Positions 1 through 10,379 of a stretch of DNA of 64,000 bases are shown piece after piece. A program made the translations under genes and the position numbers. The stretch covers positions 1 to 64,000 of the forward strand of contig JAKFBU010000001.1 in assembly GCA_036676985.1 (NCBI GenBank), written 5' to 3'. The notes beneath the pieces were generated by a model. It had not been told where the DNA came from. It ran no database searches and saw only the letters and a list, made by a program, of their open reading frames with translations. Position 1 is the stretch's first letter. Each line of letters begins with the position of its first letter. This stretch comes from Candidatus Sericytochromatia bacterium (GTDB lineage: Bacteria; Cyanobacteriota; Sericytochromatia; S15B-MN24; UBA4093).

Positions 1-19
1 ATAGAGTGGGAGGGGCGCG

Positions 20-991
20 TTGGCGCCCCTCCCCTGCATTCTATTCGGTTGTCGATGCCGCGGATCGCTTGTCGCCGCTCGGCCGCCTACCGATCTATCG
101 ACCGTTTTCGGCCTTTACCATGGGAAGTTACCCTTGGTCCGTGCCAGCTTCGAGGGACCCATGGGCATTGTGTTCAATATCGCCATCATCGTGGCCGCAG
201 CCGGCCTGGGCCGGAGTTACGGCCGCCGGCTCCGAAAGCTGGGATGCAACGTCGATACGGCCTTCAGTGGCGTCCGAGGCCGCATCGTGTTTGGCCTTAT
301 GATCGGTTGCACCGCCGCTCTCTTAATTCTCTCGAAAACGACTGATGTTCTACCTCCCGATACCACGACCCTCCTCAATCAGGCCGCGTGGGGCATAACC
401 AAAGGCTTTCTCGCGTTCTTGGGCGCCATGTCAGTTCCGCTGAGTTCCGATCGAGGAATCACCAGACGGGCCAATTACGTTGTGCTCACGCTGGCTGGCC
501 TGATGCTGGTTCAGCGAGCGGAAGCCTACGTCTTTTCGCCAATTTTCCCCGCGATCAACCAGGACCGGCGAGCGCCGGGCGGTTACGTGCTGCAAACTCA
601 AGATATGAGTTGCACGGCCGCATCCTTGGCCAATCTCTTGTCGTTCTACAAGCTCCGAACCACTGAATATTCGTGCGCCAAGGCAATGGGCACCACTCGC
701 TTCGGCAGCACGACCGGGGATCTGGTGCGAGGCATACGACACTTCGGATTTCAGGCCATCGAGGTCGCAGCGGATCCGGTGCAACTCCGAACGTTGGGAC
801 GACCAGCCATCTTGTCCGTCTGGAATAGCAACATGCGGCACTCGGTCGTCTGGACGGGGCAGCGGGACGACGGAACGCAGATCATCATCGACCCCCTGTC
901 GGGCCGCAAGGAGGTTCCTGGCCCCGAGCTGTGGCGATCGCTCTCATCGTCTCGAGCCATCACGATCACGCGGCCGCCTGCGGAATTCTAA
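20..991 (+). CDS. Membrane protein with C-terminal C39-like (papain-fold) cysteine peptidase domain; start may be ATG 161
   Basis: Several N-terminal hydrophobic helices, then QTQDMSCTAASLA (Q...C), RHSVV (H) and IIIDP (D), as in C39 peptidases; no ABC domain. Confidence 0.65.
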   Translation: MAPLPCILFGCRCRGSLVAARPPTDLSTVFGLYHGKLPLVRASFEGPMGIVFNIAIIVAAAGLGRSYGRRLRKLGCNVDTAFSGVRGRIVFGLMIGCTAALLILSKTTDVLPPDTTTLLNQAAWGITKGFLAFLGAMSVPLSSDRGITRRANYVVLTLAGLMLVQRAEAYVFSPIFPAINQDRRAPGGYVLQTQDMSCTAASLANLLSFYKLRTTEYSCAKAMGTTRFGSTTGDLVRGIRHFGFQAIEVAADPVQLRTLGRPAILSVWNSNMRHSVVWTGQRDDGTQIIIDPLSGRKEVPGPELWRSLSSSRAITITRPPAEF

Positions 992-1144
992 CGAAGGCGC
1001 ATTGAGGCGGTCATCATGTGCTCCACTGGCTCCGATGTGCCGCATCGTGGTACGAACGAAAGCCGCCAGTCAAGGGCTGTCAGACGTTGCGAAGCGCCAT
1101 CAATGGCCGGCCTCCTGGTGCCGAGGGACCATGGGCGCAACGTG

Positions 1145-4100
1145 TTACAGCTTGATGTTGAAATGGCCTAGCCACCACCGGTGAGCTCTCTCCTGCGCCT
1201 CTTGGACCTGGGATGCCGTCAGTTTCTCCTGCAAGCGGGCAAGCGCCCAGCGCCCCTCCAAATGACCCAGGGCCGCTGCCACACAGTTCCACTTGTAGGC
1301 TTCGACCAGATCGACGGGAAGGCCCGTGCCGGATTCGTACAGCTCCCCCAGCATCCGAGAGGTCCCTCCGGCATCGTGCTTGGTCGCTCTCGCCATGAGC
1401 TCGAGGCGCTCTTTCGCGGACTTGCTCAGCATGGCTTGAGACTGGAGTTTGCCCGATTCCCAGAGATCCTCGATCTCCGCGTAGCTCACCCCGAGCGATT
1501 GCGCCAGCGCCTTCAACTGTTTGGGCGACTTGGATCGATAGTCGAATCGGATGAACGTCTCGTGGAACTCGCGCGCCTTACGAGTTTGGTACTTGCCGAG
1601 CTTTCCGGCCTTGAGAGCCTGATCGAGAATCCGTTCGGCGTCGCGATAGCTCTCAGGCGCCTGCCCGACCAGCAGGACGCGCGACAACTCAGCAGGGCTT
1701 TCGACTTGCTGCAGGAGCTTCCGGGCCACATCATGCAGTTGCACGAGCGCCACCTCATCGGAGCCTGCCGGGTCAGGCTGCTGATCGAGGAGCGCCGGCC
1801 AGTAGCCCGTGCGGCTGGCCGCTTCGTACCAGGCCCGGGCCCTTGCATCCGAGCGAGGGACCCCCCGTCCGATCCGGTAAAGCCCGCCGAGCTGGCAGGC
1901 CGCCGGTGCGAAGCCCGCTGCCGCCGCCTGGTGTAGCCTGGCGACCACTTGGGGAAACCTGCGATCGAACTCCCAGTTGGGGGATAGATGCTCACCCAAT
2001 TCAAAGGGAAAGCCGGAAAGGTCTACGATGAGTTCGCTTCCCTTACGAAAGCTCTCCAGGGCCAGTTTCGTATCGGGTTGCGCTGCCCAACCTTCCATGT
2101 AGGAGATCCCGAGCTTGAAATGGGCCAGGGCAGCGACATTCGGGTGCGCATGCGCCATCCGGGCAGCCTCGGCGAACCACCTTTGCGCCTCCGCCAGGTC
2201 ACGCGCAAGTCCGACACCCGTTTCACACATCCGTGCGACGGCGTAATGAGCGCTGGCGAGGGTCCGGTACTCGTCCCGGAACGTCCGGAACTCCTCGTCT
2301 TCAAACGCCTCCGTCCCATCGCCCCCCTCGGTGACTTGTCGCACGCCAATCAAGAACCAGCGCAAGGCCTCCGGTCGACTCCTGAGGGTGATGGGACCGC
2401 TCAGGTAGAGGCGCGCCAGTGCGTAGGTCGCATCGGTGTCGTAGGCTTGAGAGGCCATCTTGTACCAGCGAACGGCCTCGGTCAGATCCCGTTCGATGCC
2501 ACCACCCTCTTCGTAAAGTCGGGCCACGGTGCCGTAAACCGAGGTATCACCCGCCAAGGCACCCTTCAGGTACCATTCGAAGGCCTTGCGCGGATCCCTG
2601 GGGAGGCTCCTGCCACCGGCATACAACTCCGCCACTCGGGCATGGGACTGGACGTCTCCATGGGCGGCCGCTTTCGCGTACCAGGTCAGGGCCTGGGCCT
2701 CATCGGCCGAAACTCCCTTCCCCGCCGCATACATGCCGGCGACCATCCTCTGGGCCGGGACATGGCCCGATTCGCCTGCCTTGAGGGCGTACCGGAAGGC
2801 CTGCTCGAGGTCAAGGGTGGGTGGCGCCGAGTAATAGACCGCCAGCTCGTACTGAGCCTCGACGTCTCCCGCAGAGGCAGCCGCCTCCAACCAGTGCTGG
2901 GCGGCCGCCTTGTCTTCGAAACGCGTGACGAACGCTTGGCCCTGCCGCTCCACCACCCCGCCGGCATAGAGCTTGGCCAACTGGCGCTGCGCCGGCGCAT
3001 GTCCCTGGTTGGCGGCGCGAGTCATCCACTCCACGGCCTTGTCCAGGTCCCGGCGTGGCCCTCGGGTGCTCATCAGGTAGCGGCCCAGCTCGAGTTGCGC
3101 CTTGGGATCTCCCTGCACGGCCTGCTGCGTGAGGACCGAGACGTATCGAGCGGCATCGACCAATTGCAGCTTCCCGCCGATCTGGACGTAGTTGTCGAGC
3201 CGCCTCGAGGCGAGAGGGTAGGGCCCTCGAGCTGACTGCTCCAGGTACTGCACGGCCTTGGCGAGGTCGACCGGGATGCCCAAGCCCTGCTCGAACATGA
3301 GGGCCAGCTCGTAGTGGGCCTTGCCGCTGCCGCGATGTCCCGCCTCTTCCAGCAACTGGATGGCTTTCGAGACGTCCTTTGGCACGCCGCGTCCGGCTCG
3401 GTACATGTCGGCGAGCGCAATCTTGCCCTCCGGAAAGTCCTCCTCGGCTGCCTTCTGGAACCAGCGCAGGGCCTCCTGCTCATCCCGGACAACGCCCTTG
3501 CCCTCGGCATGGAGGCGTCCTAGAGCGACGAATGCCTGTGGATGTTGACCGGCCGCCGCCTTGCGGTAGTACGCCAGAGCCTGTGCCAGGTCCTGGGGCA
3601 CTCCCCATCCCATCTGGTATGCCACCCCCAGCAAGTGGGCCGAGAGTAGACTTCCGCCGTCAGCTTTTTGCCTGAGCCACGGGATGAGCTCTCCGAATGG
3701 TATCGAGACGGCGTCCGGATCCTCGAACAGCGGCAGCAGGAAGTACAGGAGGCTCTCATCCAGGTCCGTCCTTGCGACGCGCAGGTACCAGCGGGTTGCT
3801 GCCGCCAGATCCTTTGCAATGAGGCGTCCCTCGCTGTAGGCCTTGCCCAAGCTCTGCATGGCGTTGAGGTCCCCCTGCTCGGCGGCCTTTTGCCACCACA
3901 GGATGGCCTGAGCGTTTTCGGGGGCGCCCTCGGTTTCGTAATGGTTACCCAGCTCCGCCTGGGCTTCCGCCAGGCCACGCTCCGCGGCAAAGCGCAGCCA
4001 CTTCAGGCCCTCGCGATCGTCCTGGCTCCGCACGTAAGAGGCAAAGGCATGCGCGGCACGCGCGTGTCCCCTCTTTGCCGCCTTCAGGAGCCAGTCCTTG

Positions 4101-5218
4101 CCTTCTGTCTGGGAACGCGCCTCATGCACGAGAGTCGAGCCCAACTGGGCCTGGGCAGGCACGTAGCCCTGCGAAGCCGCCTTCCGAAGCCAGGCTTGCG
4201 ACGCCTTCTTATCGAACGCCTCAAAGTTGGCCATCTGGGCCTGGGCAGGGGCAAAGCCCGCCTTGGCGCTCGTGAGGCACCAGCGCTTGGCCTCCGCCGC
4301 GTCGTCAGCTCCCCCGAGACCGTAGAGCCGCATGATGGCATAGTGATACGCCGCCGCTGCATGTCCCCGCTTGGCGAGTTGCTCGAACGCGGCCAGCGCG
4401 GACGGCTCATCCAGGGGTCGGCCGATGCCGAAATAGGACGCCATGGCACTCAGCAAGGCCCCCTGAGGGTGCATGGCCGCTTGCCAATCCGCGAGCATGG
4501 CCTCGGGAACGACGGAACGGCCGGCCTTGCGGCGTGAACGCAGCTCGTCTAGCAGGAGGCGACCGGCATCCAATTGGACGGCCGAGCGCTCGAGCCACTG
4601 GAGCGCCCGGGCCAGATCCTGCGGCACGCCATCGCCTGCGACATACCTCAGGCCAAGGAGCAACTGTGCATCGGCCTGGTCTTGGTTGGCTGCCGACTCG
4701 AGCGCGCGCACAACCTCCCCGGTCTCGATCTCCACCTGACGGCTCGAGGCCAGGCGGGCGATCTGCACGCGGGCTCTCGCGTCCCCGTTGCCGGATGCCT
4801 TGCGATACCAATGGAGCGCCTTTGTGAGGTCGCGCGGCCCTCCCTCCCCACGAGCGTACATGAGGCCCAGTTCGAACTGGCTCCAGGCGAATTCCTGGAG
4901 GGCGCTCCTCTCGTAGAGTTGCCGAGCTCTAACTGGATCGGTCTTGCCCAGCCGACCATCTCGGTAGGCTCCGGCCAGTTCGTAGAGGCCCATCGGACCT
5001 TGCGCCTCAAGGGGTGACGCGGCCTCGACGTCATTGCGATCAGGTTGGCGATTCATGGCTGGAGTCACCGTTTCAAGGGCGTGGGCGGGCGGGGCCACGA
5101 GCGAGCAGCTCCCGGAAAGGAAAAGCATGGCCATGAGACCCTTGAGCACCCGCCCACCGTGCCCTGACGTCCGGCTCAGACAAGACATCGCCACCTCCCG
5201 CTTCTCGCAACCACTCAT
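1145..5218 (-). CDS. Large Sel1-like repeat (SLR) protein, probably secreted; true start probably slightly downstream
   Basis: Many AQxxLGxxYxxGxGVxxDxxxAxxWYxKAAxxG repeats over about 1350 aa; hydrophobic N-terminus ending in PAHA. Confidence 0.9.
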   Translation of the reverse strand: MSGCEKREVAMSCLSRTSGHGGRVLKGLMAMLFLSGSCSLVAPPAHALETVTPAMNRQPDRNDVEAASPLEAQGPMGLYELAGAYRDGRLGKTDPVRARQLYERSALQEFAWSQFELGLMYARGEGGPRDLTKALHWYRKASGNGDARARVQIARLASSRQVEIETGEVVRALESAANQDQADAQLLLGLRYVAGDGVPQDLARALQWLERSAVQLDAGRLLLDELRSRRKAGRSVVPEAMLADWQAAMHPQGALLSAMASYFGIGRPLDEPSALAAFEQLAKRGHAAAAYHYAIMRLYGLGGADDAAEAKRWCLTSAKAGFAPAQAQMANFEAFDKKASQAWLRKAASQGYVPAQAQLGSTLVHEARSQTEGKDWLLKAAKRGHARAAHAFASYVRSQDDREGLKWLRFAAERGLAEAQAELGNHYETEGAPENAQAILWWQKAAEQGDLNAMQSLGKAYSEGRLIAKDLAAATRWYLRVARTDLDESLLYFLLPLFEDPDAVSIPFGELIPWLRQKADGGSLLSAHLLGVAYQMGWGVPQDLAQALAYYRKAAAGQHPQAFVALGRLHAEGKGVVRDEQEALRWFQKAAEEDFPEGKIALADMYRAGRGVPKDVSKAIQLLEEAGHRGSGKAHYELALMFEQGLGIPVDLAKAVQYLEQSARGPYPLASRRLDNYVQIGGKLQLVDAARYVSVLTQQAVQGDPKAQLELGRYLMSTRGPRRDLDKAVEWMTRAANQGHAPAQRQLAKLYAGGVVERQGQAFVTRFEDKAAAQHWLEAAASAGDVEAQYELAVYYSAPPTLDLEQAFRYALKAGESGHVPAQRMVAGMYAAGKGVSADEAQALTWYAKAAAHGDVQSHARVAELYAGGRSLPRDPRKAFEWYLKGALAGDTSVYGTVARLYEEGGGIERDLTEAVRWYKMASQAYDTDATYALARLYLSGPITLRSRPEALRWFLIGVRQVTEGGDGTEAFEDEEFRTFRDEYRTLASAHYAVARMCETGVGLARDLAEAQRWFAEAARMAHAHPNVAALAHFKLGISYMEGWAAQPDTKLALESFRKGSELIVDLSGFPFELGEHLSPNWEFDRRFPQVVARLHQAAAAGFAPAACQLGGLYRIGRGVPRSDARARAWYEAASRTGYWPALLDQQPDPAGSDEVALVQLHDVARKLLQQVESPAELSRVLLVGQAPESYRDAERILDQALKAGKLGKYQTRKAREFHETFIRFDYRSKSPKQLKALAQSLGVSYAEIEDLWESGKLQSQAMLSKSAKERLELMARATKHDAGGTSRMLGELYESGTGLPVDLVEAYKWNCVAAALGHLEGRWALARLQEKLTASQVQEAQERAHRWWLGHFNIKL

Positions 5219-5253
5219 CCTGAATCATACTATGATCATACTTAATCAGTAAC

Positions 5254-5283
5254 AGACCCCGTCCCAGGTGTGGGACGGGGTCT
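5254..5283 (-). terminator. Stem-loop downstream of the tfoX-like gene
   Basis: AGACCCCGTCCCA-ggtg-TGGGACGGGGTCT inverted repeat. Confidence 0.55.
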
Positions 5284-5296
5284 CGGGACAAGAGGC

Positions 5297-5560
5297 CTAC
5301 CCCGTTGCCTCCTGGCGCAACTGGTCCTTGAGATCCGGCGGCAGATCATTGACGTGGAGCCCCATTAAGCCCGCCACCATCGCGTAGAGCGCCATCAGGT
5401 TCACCTGACGCGGGCGAGCGGCCTTCAACCGCCGGTACACCTCGACGGGTCCCAGGCGCTTGAGATCCGCCACGGTGTGGACCCCGATCTCGGCGAGCCA
5501 CGCGTCTCCCTTGGGACCGAGGTTCTTGAGCGAGGAGGGGGGCTGTTGTTCGTCCATCAT
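5297..5560 (-). CDS. TfoX/Sxy C-terminal domain protein
   Basis: LKNLGPKGDAWLAEIGVHTVADLKRLGPVEVYRRL...LYAMVAGL pattern; GAGAGG RBS before ATG 5560. Confidence 0.8.
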   Translation of the reverse strand: MMDEQQPPSSLKNLGPKGDAWLAEIGVHTVADLKRLGPVEVYRRLKAARPRQVNLMALYAMVAGLMGLHVNDLPPDLKDQLRQEATG

Positions 5561-5579
5561 GGTCCTCTCGATACGCAGC

Positions 5580-5611
5580 AAAAGGGGGTGCGCACTCGGC
5601 GCACCCCCTTT
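5580..5611 (-). terminator. Intrinsic terminator after the prolyl oligopeptidase gene
   Basis: AAAGGGGGTGCGC...GCGCACCCCCTTT hairpin with a T-run on the minus strand. Confidence 0.7.
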
Positions 5612-5621
5612 GTCTTACAGG

Positions 5622-7757
<2,136 letters not shown>

Positions 7758-7784
7758 GAGTCCCCTTCCTAGAAAGACCACGGC

Positions 7785-8597
7785 CTAGGCCGTGGCGTAC
7801 TCCATCTGACGATTGGTGAAGGTTGCGAGGCCCTTGACGCCCAGGGCGCGCAATAGGTCCAGTGCCTGCGGATACAGGGCGCCCACGTCCTCGGGACGGT
7901 GCGCGTCCGAGTTGAGCACCAGGGGCACGTCCGCGGCCACCAGCATGGGCAGCCACTCGGGCGCCGGGTAGATCTCGTTGACCGGCTTGCGCCAGCCCGC
8001 GGTGCTGACCTCGAGGGCGAGGCCCGACTGGCGGATCTTGGGCGTGAGGCGCTCGTACCAGATCCGGGCCACGTCCGGGGCCTTGAAGCCGAAGACCTTG
8101 ATGACGTCCGCATGGCCGATGATGTCCACGCAGCGGGACTCGATCATGGTCTCGAGGATGGAGAAGTAGGTCTCGTAGATGTCCTCGACCCGGTTCTGCT
8201 CCCACTGGTCGCGCATCTCGTCCAGGTCGAAGCCGAAGCCGCCCAGCCAGTGCACCGACCCGATGGCGTAGTCGAAGGGGTACGACGCGAGGAAGTCGCG
8301 CATGGCCTCGGCGTTTTCCGGCATGAAGTCCATCTCGATGCCGATCTTGACCTTGATGCCCTGCTTGCGGGCGCTCTGGAGCAGGCCCAGGTACTCGTCG
8401 AGGTTCTCGGTCTTGCGCTTCTCGACCCACGGGTTCGAGAGCAGGTGGCGCGTCTGCTCGAAGCGGTAGGCGTGCTCGGAGATGCCGAGCTCGGTGACGC
8501 CGGCGCGCTTGGCCTGGTCGACGAACTTCTCGAGCCATTCCAGGGTGTAGGGGCCACGCTCCACGTGGACGTGGTAGTCGGTGATGGGGCCGCGCAT
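7785..8597 (-). CDS. PHP-family (HisJ/HisK-like) histidinol-phosphate phosphatase
   Basis: DYHVH, ISEH, GIEMD, IGSVH, GHAD and NSDAH motifs. Confidence 0.85.
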   Translation of the reverse strand: MRGPITDYHVHVERGPYTLEWLEKFVDQAKRAGVTELGISEHAYRFEQTRHLLSNPWVEKRKTENLDEYLGLLQSARKQGIKVKIGIEMDFMPENAEAMRDFLASYPFDYAIGSVHWLGGFGFDLDEMRDQWEQNRVEDIYETYFSILETMIESRCVDIIGHADVIKVFGFKAPDVARIWYERLTPKIRQSGLALEVSTAGWRKPVNEIYPAPEWLPMLVAADVPLVLNSDAHRPEDVGALYPQALDLLRALGVKGLATFTNRQMEYATA

Positions 8598-8681
8598 GCG
8601 CACTCCGTTCCATGTTCGCGGGGGCAGAACGGAAGCATTATACCCACCCGGCCCCATTCAAGCAGGCCATGCGGGGGCGGC

Positions 8682-8912
8682 CTAGGCGAGGCGAGACTTG
8701 GTGTAGGACCAGTACGGCGACAGGTTCCCGATGGTCGAGCCCCAGGCGTACAGGCCCTGGTAGGCCTCCTTCTCGTCGCTGTAGAGGCTGCAGCGTTCGA
8801 ACTGCTCGGGCGAGAGGATGAGTCCCGACAGGACATCCTCGTAGTTGCCGTCTTCCCGCTTCACGATGCGGACCTCGCGAACCGCGCCGTCGAACAAGAG
8901 ATAGTGACTCAT
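8682..8912 (-). CDS. Small hypothetical protein (76 aa, MSHYLLFDG...)
   Basis: GAGGAGG RBS before ATG 8912; GC3-biased codons; it is the C-terminal part of the 262-aa track ORF. Confidence 0.7.
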   Translation of the reverse strand: MSHYLLFDGAVREVRIVKREDGNYEDVLSGLILSPEQFERCSLYSDEKEAYQGLYAWGSTIGNLSPYWSYTKSRLA

Positions 8913-8984
8913 GGCGTTTCCTCCTCGTAGTGGGGCGGGCGTTAAATTACTTAACCAGGTTATACGATGGTCACCCCATCGACT

Positions 8985-8998
8985 ATGAGCTATCTCAT
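8985..8998 (+). promoter_or_regulatory. Crp/Fnr-type palindrome ATGAG-CTAT-CTCAT upstream of the RIC-like gene
   Basis: Perfect 5-4-5 palindrome; TATGGT -10-like hexamer at 9021-9026 places its centre at -41.5. Confidence 0.65.
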
Positions 8999-9063
8999 CG
9001 GCTCGCGGATGGGCTTGGCCTATGGTGGGGCTGGATACCGCCACTTTCGACAAGGGGAGAACC

Positions 9064-9573
9064 ATGATCGACCTGAACACCCATGAACCGGGCCAGCTGG
9101 ATTGGGCGAGCGCGCCCCTCGGTGAGCTCGCGGCGCACATCGTCGAGACCCACCACGAGTACCTGCGTAAGCTGCTGCCGCGGCTCGACTTCCTCGTGAA
9201 CAAGATCGCCGACGTGCACGGCGACGGCCACTCCGAGCTCATCGCCGTCGCGGAGACCTTCGGGCGCTTCGTGCGGAGCATCGAGGGCCACCTCAACAAG
9301 GAAGAGAGCCACTTCTTCCCGGCGATCGCGGACATCGCCGCGGGCGACGCGCAGGCCGTGCGCGAGGCCATCGCCACCCACGAGGCTGAGCACCAAGAGG
9401 CGCTGGAGGCGTTCCAGGTGATGCGGCGCCTCACCAACGACTTCGCGGTGCCCGCGGATGGCTGCAACACCTACCAGATGACCTTCCAGAAGCTGGTCGA
9501 GTTGGAGGCGGACACCCTCGAGCACATCCGCAAGGAGAACCTGATCTTCGAGCGGCTCACGGCGCAGGGCTAA
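9064..9573 (+). CDS. Hemerythrin-like di-iron domain of RIC/YtfE/ScdA type, lacking the N-terminal DUF542 domain
   Basis: HIVETHHEYLR, VHG, HLNKEE, EAEH, PADGCNTY, HIRKENLIF; AGGGGAG RBS. Confidence 0.85.
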   Translation: MIDLNTHEPGQLDWASAPLGELAAHIVETHHEYLRKLLPRLDFLVNKIADVHGDGHSELIAVAETFGRFVRSIEGHLNKEESHFFPAIADIAAGDAQAVREAIATHEAEHQEALEAFQVMRRLTNDFAVPADGCNTYQMTFQKLVELEADTLEHIRKENLIFERLTAQG

Positions 9574-9595
9574 GCCCTGGTAGACTGCGACAAGC

Positions 9596-9634
9596 AAAAA
9601 AGGGCCGCCGCACGAATCGTGCGGCGGCCCTTTT
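9596..9634. terminator. Bidirectional intrinsic terminator
   Basis: AAAAAAGGGCCGCCGCACGA-A-TCGTGCGGCGGCCCTTTT between convergent genes. Confidence 0.8.
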
Positions 9635-9645
9635 CCCATGAAGGG

Positions 9646-9831
9646 CTAGAGCTTGGCGTACTCCGTCACCAGGACGTCGAGGTCGGCGTTGGCCTCCTGG
9701 GCGGCGCTCGCGAGGGACTTGTGCTCGCCGCAGCAAGTGTCCAGGAGGTGCGCGTTGAAGAGGGTGATCGCAGTGGGCTTGCCCGCGAGCAGCTCGTGCA
9801 GGGTCTGCTCGGCGTAAGGCTTGGTGGTCAT
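9646..9831 (-). CDS. Stand-alone DUF542/ScdA_N-like domain protein (61 aa)
   Basis: LFNAHLLDTCCGEHKSLASAA matches the RIC N-terminal FxxxxIDxCCGGxxSLxxA motif; AAGGAG RBS. Confidence 0.75.
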   Translation of the reverse strand: MTTKPYAEQTLHELLAGKPTAITLFNAHLLDTCCGEHKSLASAAQEANADLDVLVTEYAKL

Positions 9832-9843
9832 GGTGATTCTCCT

Positions 9844-10236
9844 TTACTCCATGGTCTTCCAGAGGTTGAAGATGAACATCCCGGCCGCCACCGCCTGCAG
9901 CGAGCCGAAGATGGCGAGGGCGAGACTGCCCTTGGCCCCGAAACGGCTGTAGAAGGGCAGCGAGATCGCCATCCCCACCAGCGCGAGGTTCGCGAGGTAG
10001 AGGTGGTAACGCGACATGCGCTGGCTGAAGAGCGGACGGCCCTTGAACCGCGGGATCACGTGGTAGGCCACGCCGTAGATGAACATGGACATGAAGCCCA
10101 GCAGGTTGAGATGGGCATGGACCGGCTTGATGAGGTAGACCCAGTCGGGCCGGACGGCCATGGTCACCCCCAGGAGGATGCCCGTCCCGAAGTAGATCAG
10201 CGCGGCGCGGATGAACCAGATGGTTTCGAAGCTCAT
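9844..10236 (-). CDS. Small 4-TM membrane protein with HAHLNLLGF motif (heme-copper oxidase/NnrS-like repeat)
   Basis: Four hydrophobic segments; HAHLNLLGF...GVAYHVIPRF...RYHLYL. Confidence 0.7.
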   Translation of the reverse strand: MSFETIWFIRAALIYFGTGILLGVTMAVRPDWVYLIKPVHAHLNLLGFMSMFIYGVAYHVIPRFKGRPLFSQRMSRYHLYLANLALVGMAISLPFYSRFGAKGSLALAIFGSLQAVAAGMFIFNLWKTME

Positions 10237-10303
10237 GGTATCCCGTCATTCGTTTGAAGTGTTTCCGACCCCTCCAACCTACGCCGGATGGCCCATGGAA
10301 CCA

Positions 10304-10317
10304 ATGAGCTACCTCAA
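10304..10317 (-). promoter_or_regulatory. Crp/Fnr-type box TTGAG-GTAG-CTCAT upstream of the 4-TM/DUF542 operon
   Basis: 12 of 14 positions identical to the 8985 box; TAGGTT -10-like hexamer at 10281-10276 gives the same -41.5 geometry. Confidence 0.65.
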
Positions 10318-10379
10318 CCAGTCCGAAGAATAGGATCGGCTGTCGCGTCCGACCGCACTCCTCCGGGTATGAGGCGCCT

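Noticed and set aside
8913-9470. N-terminal 186 aa of the 262-aa minus-strand ORF
   Set aside because: Antisense to the RIC-like gene; a strong RBS supports the start at 8912
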